Of a stretch of DNA of 64,000 nt, positions 58,297 through 64,000 are shown piece by piece. The stretch spans positions 96,001 through 160,000 of the IMG/VR virus record IMGVR_UViG_3300048598_000287. One strand, given 5' to 3'. Source of the stretch: a virus (Duplodnaviria > Caudoviricetes). How positions within the stretch are numbered: position 1 is the first letter of the stretch; every line of letters starts with the position of its first letter. A program made the translations under genes and the position numbers. A model generated the notes under the pieces. It was not told the origin of the DNA and made no database searches. It worked only from the letters and a program-made list of their open reading frames with translations.

Positions 58297-59412
58297 CTAT
58301 TTTTTTCTCTTTCCTTGAATTACAGTTTTCATACTTGACCAGACTGATTCGTTAGTATGCATGAGTTTTATTAGCCAATCAGGTTTGTCGGTTATCTTTA
58401 TGCATGGCTCTATGTAATCGACATACATCTTAGATGCCTGTTCGACGGGCATTCTGTCCATGAAATGGTATAGATTGCTTACTATATTTTTATTATATTC
58501 CGTCATATTTGGGTCAGACAGAAGCGATATGGCGGTCTGCATAATATTTCCGCACAATGCCGTCTGATATACGGTGAGCATCTTAGCTACTCTAGCTGCT
58601 GAGGCGGTGACCTTTGCCTGATTATTTTCAAGCAGAAAGTTTTGCGGATTAAACAGCCGTTTAGTGCACAGCCATGAGTAAAACGAATTCGCCTCTTCTG
58701 ATCCAAGCCATATTTCAGCATCTTTCTTTATTACTATAGGGTCATCCTTATAGCTGCCCATGTTAACGCCATTTATGTACATCTTGGAAAACGCTTCCCA
58801 AGACCGTGGATTTACCGTGTGGTCATCTTCATATGATTCTACATCCGTCATATCAAACAAATGACTATCATCAGCTTGATCTATGTAGCTAATTATATCT
58901 GGATGTATCCGATGAGTTGCAGCCCACGATAGCCATCCTGATTTATCCACATCAACGTAGAATCTGGCCAGTCTGCTGAAAAACGCCCTGTTGAGTTCAT
59001 CGACATCATTGCTAGCATATGCAGCAGAATTCATTGTGCATATCACCCTGGATCCTGCAGGAAGTTTTTTGCCAAGGAATTCCTGCTCTTCGGTGCATAG
59101 TTGCATGATTGCATTAATTATTTCTTTTTTAGGACGGTTTATCTCATCAAGAAGAAGTAACATTGGCGCTGTTCCAGAAAGCCAGTCAGGAATGGTATGA
59201 GAATGTACACCATTAACATCCCGAAGAAGTCCGGTTAGATCGCCGGTCTCTCCGTCTTCAGCACAGCGAAGCTTTACCAGTTTAAGACAAAGTTCCTTAG
59301 CAAGAGATATTGCAAATTGGGTCTTTCCTATTCCTGGCTGACCTATAAGAACACATGCGGTCTCAGGGGCCATCCGTTTTATCTGAGATTTAATGAATGA
59401 AAAACTAGACAT
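58297..59412 (-). CDS. MoxR/CobS-like AAA+ ATPase
   Basis: GQPGIGKT, GDLTGL, LLLDEINR, TMN, NPRSWE. Confidence 0.85.
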   Translation of the reverse strand: MSSFSFIKSQIKRMAPETACVLIGQPGIGKTQFAISLAKELCLKLVKLRCAEDGETGDLTGLLRDVNGVHSHTIPDWLSGTAPMLLLLDEINRPKKEIINAIMQLCTEEQEFLGKKLPAGSRVICTMNSAAYASNDVDELNRAFFSRLARFYVDVDKSGWLSWAATHRIHPDIISYIDQADDSHLFDMTDVESYEDDHTVNPRSWEAFSKMYINGVNMGSYKDDPIVIKKDAEIWLGSEEANSFYSWLCTKRLFNPQNFLLENNQAKVTASAARVAKMLTVYQTALCGNIMQTAISLLSDPNMTEYNKNIVSNLYHFMDRMPVEQASKMYVDYIEPCIKITDKPDWLIKLMHTNESVWSSMKTVIQGKRKK

Positions 59413-59421
59413 ATTTGTCCA

Positions 59422-60705
59422 TTAAAGCTTGAACAGGGTCTGATTTGTTATCTGCTTACCATCTGTAACGAATAGATAGCTTGCCGCCGGATATGCGCTA
59501 TGAAGCGTAGCCATGCTATATTCACCCGGCCCAACTATGGATGGCTGGAATATGATCGGGATGTTCTTTCCGGCAAGGAACCATTCACCTCCGATATGCC
59601 AATGACCCATTATGCAGACGTCCGCCACCTTTCCAGTAGCAGAATATATCATAAAATCTTTGAAATTATCGCGGGATACTGTTCCAAGCGGAGAGCAGAA
59701 TGCAGCTCCGCCCTTGTAAGCATCGCCATGCTCTATTTTCCATGTCTGCTCACCTATGTTGGCGAAAAGAACAGGAGAATCAGAAACGGTAACACTGACA
59801 TTTTCGCTGGCGTCAAAGGCCTCTTTTATGAAACAATAAAGAATGTATTCATAATTATTATACCCTTTATTTTTAGACTGCCATTTCTTTGTAGTCCGGG
59901 AATGATTTCCGACTACGCAATACAAATTCACCTGCTTGAAGTTCTTTGAAATGGATTTAATCGCGCCGACGAAAAATTTGAAATAATCTATCATCATTCG
60001 TGTGATCGGTCCGGCATTAGTTTCTACAAGTTCATCATGAATGTTTCCAGAGAAAATATCACCTAAAACGGGTATGTCGAGGATTCCACAGTCATGCTCT
60101 TTAGCCATCTCCAATGCCTTGGTAAATAGCTTTACGTGACGTTCCTTGGAAATTTCAGGATTGTATGCGTTTATGTTATTAATGGCCAGAGGATCTATCA
60201 CTTCTCCATAGTGAACGTCGGCGATCGGCATGACAAGATGATGATCACCGGTATTCATTTTCGTTATATTTATTGAAAATGTGTCAAAGGATACCTTATG
60301 TATCTCGTCTTTAAGCTCGCTCGCTATTTCGGCAGCCACATAGGAATTTACCCGAAGCCTATCATTTTCAGCTCTAAGTCCGGAAACTTGTTTGCGCAAA
60401 TAGCGATTTTCATTTTCAGTGACGTCATTAACAATTTCATGGTCATATTCGGAAATAGACGCCTTACTGGTATTTTCGCCGGCATGTTGTTTTGAAATAT
60501 ATCCATTATACCGTACAAGCATCCTGGAAATTCGCTTATTAAACGCGCCTCTAGTCAATGAGAATCCGGAAGATTTAATTTCACCGGCATAATTGTCCAT
60601 GATTTTCTGTTTATTACATCCATATTTTTTGCATATTTCCAAGATGCATATCTGATCTTGAGTAAGGGATTTAATAAATCCGCTATCTGAAATTGATTGC
60701 GTCAT
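59422..60705 (-). CDS. Calcineurin-like metallophosphoesterase with N-terminal helical domain
   Basis: ADVHYGE, LGDIFSG.IH, VGNHSR, EHGD, GHWH. Confidence 0.85.
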   Translation of the reverse strand: MTQSISDSGFIKSLTQDQICILEICKKYGCNKQKIMDNYAGEIKSSGFSLTRGAFNKRISRMLVRYNGYISKQHAGENTSKASISEYDHEIVNDVTENENRYLRKQVSGLRAENDRLRVNSYVAAEIASELKDEIHKVSFDTFSINITKMNTGDHHLVMPIADVHYGEVIDPLAINNINAYNPEISKERHVKLFTKALEMAKEHDCGILDIPVLGDIFSGNIHDELVETNAGPITRMMIDYFKFFVGAIKSISKNFKQVNLYCVVGNHSRTTKKWQSKNKGYNNYEYILYCFIKEAFDASENVSVTVSDSPVLFANIGEQTWKIEHGDAYKGGAAFCSPLGTVSRDNFKDFMIYSATGKVADVCIMGHWHIGGEWFLAGKNIPIIFQPSIVGPGEYSMATLHSAYPAASYLFVTDGKQITNQTLFKL

Positions 60706-60792
60706 AAATATAGGAATCCATGTAAATTTGGTATCTACTTTTAAATATATATTTTTTCTAGCCCATTATGATAACAGGGTGCGCTTATTTAT

Positions 60793-60838
60793 ATAATGCC
60801 CGGCAACGATTTCACCATTTATGGAGGAATTAGTTCAC
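60793..60838 (+). repeat. 46-bp IS200/IS605-like mini element (second family)
   Basis: TTTAT|ATAATGCCCGGCAACGATTTCACCATTTATGGAGGAATTAGTTCAC. Confidence 0.45.
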
Positions 60839-60840
60839 CG

Positions 60841-61044
60841 TCATATGCAAAATACCATACATGATACATTACATGTACTGCCACTTTTGGCAGCTTCAAT
60901 CTGGCTCTGCTGCTCGCCGATGCGGGTTTCAAGGGTGGCCACCCGCGAGTCGTCCGAGGAAATCCCGGTCTTCGCGGCTGCCAGCCCTCCTCCGGCTGCG
61001 GTTAAAAATGCGGTGAAAATCGCTATCGCGATCTTATAAGGCAT
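60841..61044 (-). CDS. Small TM/coiled-coil protein, probably a chimeric relic
   Basis: TM segment, coiled coil, then abrupt beta-strand end GSTCNVSCMVFCI. Confidence 0.4.
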   Translation of the reverse strand: MPYKIAIAIFTAFLTAAGGGLAAAKTGISSDDSRVATLETRIGEQQSQIEAAKSGSTCNVSCMVFCI

Positions 61045-61080
61045 GCGGATTTCAAGACTTTTACAATTCATAATGACTCC

Positions 61081-61422
61081 TTACAAAGTGAACATATATC
61101 CCATTATTAGCCCTGATGCCGTGTATGGGTAGGAAGTGTTGCCATTTAGGATTGCGCACCGGAACACGTCTCCGGTGGATAAAGTTTTAACGCACCTTGA
61201 GAAAGCGCTGCCATGGTCGGCATCCTTAAGTACAAAATAATCCGTGTCGCAGCGTTTCTCGCACTGGCCGATTCGGTATTCCAGCATATTGATCGCGCTG
61301 TTCCGTTCCTTGCGCGTTTCCTCGCGTTCATGCCGGATTGAAGAGTTCTCCGTATGGGCTTTAATATACGCAGTCAAAGCGCCCAGGCAGGCTATGATAG
61401 AAGTTGCTAATACAGGATCCAT
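61081..61422 (-). CDS. Chimeric ORF: holin-like TM/coiled coil joined to a fibre-tip-like C-terminus
   Basis: MDPVLATSIIACLGALTAYIK...CEKRCD then TDYFVL...GYMFTL. Confidence 0.45.
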   Translation of the reverse strand: MDPVLATSIIACLGALTAYIKAHTENSSIRHEREETRKERNSAINMLEYRIGQCEKRCDTDYFVLKDADHGSAFSRCVKTLSTGDVFRCAILNGNTSYPYTASGLIMGYMFTL

Positions 61423-61424
61423 AA

Positions 61425-62576
61425 TTATACCGCCGTAGTGAATGATACGGGGATATGAAATTCATAAGCAGTCCCCGCAGTGAAATTGCCGAAAGTAGTT
61501 GTCGCGGCAAAATTCATAAAAGAATTAGTGCCGTTATTATATATGTTGCAGAATACAGTGCTCTCTCCTGTAAAAAGAACAAATCCTCCGCCGGTCATAA
61601 GCCCGTGGCTAGAAGCTAGTTGTACTGCCAGGGTACTTTGATTTTTAGGAGAAATGCCGGTGCTTGTATAAGGGCCGGCTCCAGTTCCGAAATACCAGCC
61701 GGACGCGCTCTGCGGATTGAAAACTACGGTTCCTTCCAGTAGTCCGCAGAATCCGCACCGGGAGAGCTTGAAGCTGTTTATGACCGTGTACTTCTGTACG
61801 GAAGAATCTGATCCGTATATTAAGTACATCTGGAACAGTCCCGACGTACTGGATGCGTTGGTGGGGTGATTGTAGGTCCCGTTCCCGGTGCTCCATGCCA
61901 TATCCGCCGTTCTAGTGAACATCGTGGTTGACGCCGCGTATCCTATGGAATTGGCGGAATAGGCGTTTGGATCCACCAGGGAGCTTGCCGATGCCAGGGT
62001 CTGGCCTCCGGACGCGCTTATTACATTGTTCGTTATGGTTATGTTCGTTCCGGCGGTGAGCTTGTCCTGCTTCCCGGCGACAGCCGCTGTGAGTGTGTTG
62101 TCCGCGCTCTGCCGCGCGTTAACCTCCGTAGTGAGCGACGCGTTTAATGCGCCGTCCGCGGCCTCGCGGTTGGTTATTTCCGTGTTTATGCGGTCGGAAA
62201 GCGCCGTGTCCGCCGCAGTCCGGTTTTCCGTTTCTGTAGAAAGATTAGTGGCCAGCGTAGAAATGCGGTTGTTAATGGTCGTGTCCGCGGTAGACCTGTT
62301 GGATATTTCCGTCTGAAGGTCGGCAGCCGATACGGCCCCTATATTTTCCCTGGCGATAGATTGTTGCTCTGATGTTTTTGCTTGGGTTGTATATAATACA
62401 GATTGATTGAAAGCATCGGACATAACATATTTCTTTGTTACGGGCGTTCCTGTAGTCGATCCCCCTATATTATTGTCATTGATTGTAACTGGAACGGTAG
62501 CTTTGGTAATATCGATGTTTGCTATTTTTTCTTCAGCAAGTAGTGATAGCTTCTTGGTATTGAGAATCATGATCAT
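61425..62576 (-). CDS. Tail fibre / receptor-binding protein
   Basis: ARENIGA, repeated TE(I/V)xNRxxAD heptads, KQDKLTAGTNITITNNVISA, variable C-terminus. Confidence 0.8.
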   Translation of the reverse strand: MIMILNTKKLSLLAEEKIANIDITKATVPVTINDNNIGGSTTGTPVTKKYVMSDAFNQSVLYTTQAKTSEQQSIARENIGAVSAADLQTEISNRSTADTTINNRISTLATNLSTETENRTAADTALSDRINTEITNREAADGALNASLTTEVNARQSADNTLTAAVAGKQDKLTAGTNITITNNVISASGGQTLASASSLVDPNAYSANSIGYAASTTMFTRTADMAWSTGNGTYNHPTNASSTSGLFQMYLIYGSDSSVQKYTVINSFKLSRCGFCGLLEGTVVFNPQSASGWYFGTGAGPYTSTGISPKNQSTLAVQLASSHGLMTGGGFVLFTGESTVFCNIYNNGTNSFMNFAATTTFGNFTAGTAYEFHIPVSFTTAV

Positions 62577-64000
62577 CCTCCTAAAAGCAGATCACCGCTT
62601 TCAGTAGTTAAAAATTCGTTATTTTCAGAAGAAAGCACTAAGGTTGCATCTTCTACATTAGAATCATCAAACATTCCAAGCGTGGGGCTAGATATAGTTC
62701 CTCCCGTCCTGGATCCCATCGTCGGGATATCCGAACCGGGATATACGCTTCTTGCAGGTCGGCAATGCCATTTTACGGACCAGAAATTCACTTCAGGCGC
62801 ATAGTCCCCAGCCTTCTGGTTTCCATATGCTGTCATAGGTATCTTTATGCTTGAATAAAGATTATTGAACCGTCTAGCGCTGCCAAGGTCTATTTCAGCA
62901 TATCCATTTGGATTCAATGACAGATATTTTCCAAATGTAGCCACCGTCGTACCAGTTTCTGACCATGCAGAAGGGGTAAGTATATATGGAAGTGCAGCAT
63001 ATTCTCCGCTAAGGTTATTCTCTTGCTGTATTTTTTGCAGCAATCCTTGTACTTCACCTTGTGTAGGAAGCCTCCATCCTGACGGATATGTTACCGCGTC
63101 ATAGAAATAATAGCTTGACGCATCTATTCCATCTCCGTCATATCCGGTTGTAATCCATAACAGTGACTGCACAGAATTAAGATAATTATAGTATACCTTA
63201 TATTTTTTGGATGAATCAACGGCATCAGTTATTTCATTAGGCCTATCCAATGGGCTTCCTGGAGATTTAACCAGAATCACTGAATATGAAATGCCTTCTA
63301 CCCGATCAGTCACACGATACGAGAATTCTCCGCCGGAAAGAGTTATTGTAAACACTCTTTCCACATCGTTTTCCTTTATAAGAAACGATATTGTATTACC
63401 TGTTCCTCTGGCGGTTGCATTATATGCCGTCTCGGTGCGCAACGCTCCTGTAGATCCATATGGAAATGAGTTCATAAGAAAAGGTATGCATCCTTTGTTT
63501 ATTTCAAGCGCGGGTTGTGCTTCATACGGCATCCGCATTCCTTCCTTATATCCTGTTCCAAATCCGCATGGCATTACCCAAAGTGGCTGCGTCTCGCATA
63601 CTGCGGAATATACAGATGAAACAAATTTACCATCCACCATGCCAAGGCTTTTATCGACTCGGTTTGCCGCCGACTTAGGATTTGATATACCTACCGTGTA
63701 TGATTTTTCCATGGCGCCTAAAGTATCAGCACCATACATAGGCGTTAGATAATTAGTTGGATACTGATAGTAATCTTTTATAAGCCATCTTCCCTTATAT
63801 GCGGAAAATACCGCGGATATATGGATTCTGGTATATGATCCTGAGAATCGTTCCGACATATAAGTGGCAGATGCACTTTCCAGGGGAGAAGTGAATGATA
63901 CCGGAGTGGAAGCGACTGCGTCATCGGAGACCAGTTGATAAGTCATGTTATAATCTATTGCCGTGCCATCTCCTCCGGTGATCCCGGAATTAGATGCCAG
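62573..64000 (-). CDS. Tail-associated protein with FISUMP-like domain; 5' end beyond window
   Basis: YYFYDAV..PSGWRLPT..E...L; FLTTESGDLLL end; frame open to the window edge. Confidence 0.65.
   Translation of the reverse strand: MASNSGITGGDGTAIDYNMTYQLVSDDAVASTPVSFTSPLESASATYMSERFSGSYTRIHISAVFSAYKGRWLIKDYYQYPTNYLTPMYGADTLGAMEKSYTVGISNPKSAANRVDKSLGMVDGKFVSSVYSAVCETQPLWVMPCGFGTGYKEGMRMPYEAQPALEINKGCIPFLMNSFPYGSTGALRTETAYNATARGTGNTISFLIKENDVERVFTITLSGGEFSYRVTDRVEGISYSVILVKSPGSPLDRPNEITDAVDSSKKYKVYYNYLNSVQSLLWITTGYDGDGIDASSYYFYDAVTYPSGWRLPTQGEVQGLLQKIQQENNLSGEYAALPYILTPSAWSETGTTVATFGKYLSLNPNGYAEIDLGSARRFNNLYSSIKIPMTAYGNQKAGDYAPEVNFWSVKWHCRPARSVYPGSDIPTMGSRTGGTISSPTLGMFDDSNVEDATLVLSSENNEFLTTESGDLLLGG

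Noticed and set aside
60841-62576. DGR or invertible shufflon at the tail fibre
   Set aside because: No reverse transcriptase, recombinase, template repeat or inverted crossover sites are visible in the window.
13-63752. Many 60-180 aa ORFs antisense to or nested in long genes (e.g. 14973-15428, 63207-63752)
   Set aside because: They are shadows of real genes, with no motifs or independent expression signals.
1-64000. Stop-codon reassignment (TAG/TGA), seen in some large gut phages
   Set aside because: Core genes are full length in the standard code, and TAA, TGA and TAG all end genes.
1-64000. tRNA or tmRNA genes
   Set aside because: No cloverleaf with T-loop and acceptor stem was seen in the few intergenic gaps; tRNAscan/ARAGORN were not run.

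Overview
This 64 kb window is part of a large, divergent T4-like (myovirus) phage genome, probably from an anaerobic host. It encodes class III RNR NrdD/NrdG, and a Fibrobacter-major-paralogous-like (FISUMP) motif in a tail protein hints at Fibrobacter or a related gut/rumen host. Recognisable genes: tail sheath, tube, neck, baseplate and head-completion proteins, large terminase, clamp loader, Mre11/gp47, UvsY, a RuvC-like resolvase, a sigma-like factor, a standalone TnpB and several glycosylation enzymes. Six signals stand out. (1) Seven otherwise unrelated proteins share a ~27-aa motif with near-fixed spacing, which looks like a capsid-loading or processing tag. (2) UDP-galactopyranose mutase plus three DUF4422/GT111 domains suggest a phage galactofuranosylation pathway. 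(3) Miniature IS200/IS605 derivatives sit 3' of TTTAT, mostly inside the putative late promoter TATAAAC(T), and one keeps an apparently complete orphan omega-RNA. (4) An ArfA-like ORF has a terminator before its stop codon. (5) A baseplate-chaperone gene has a candidate +1 frameshift (CCC_TTT_CGG). (6) Chimeric recombination scars follow the tail fibre gene. All calls are by motif recognition and synteny; no database search was run.
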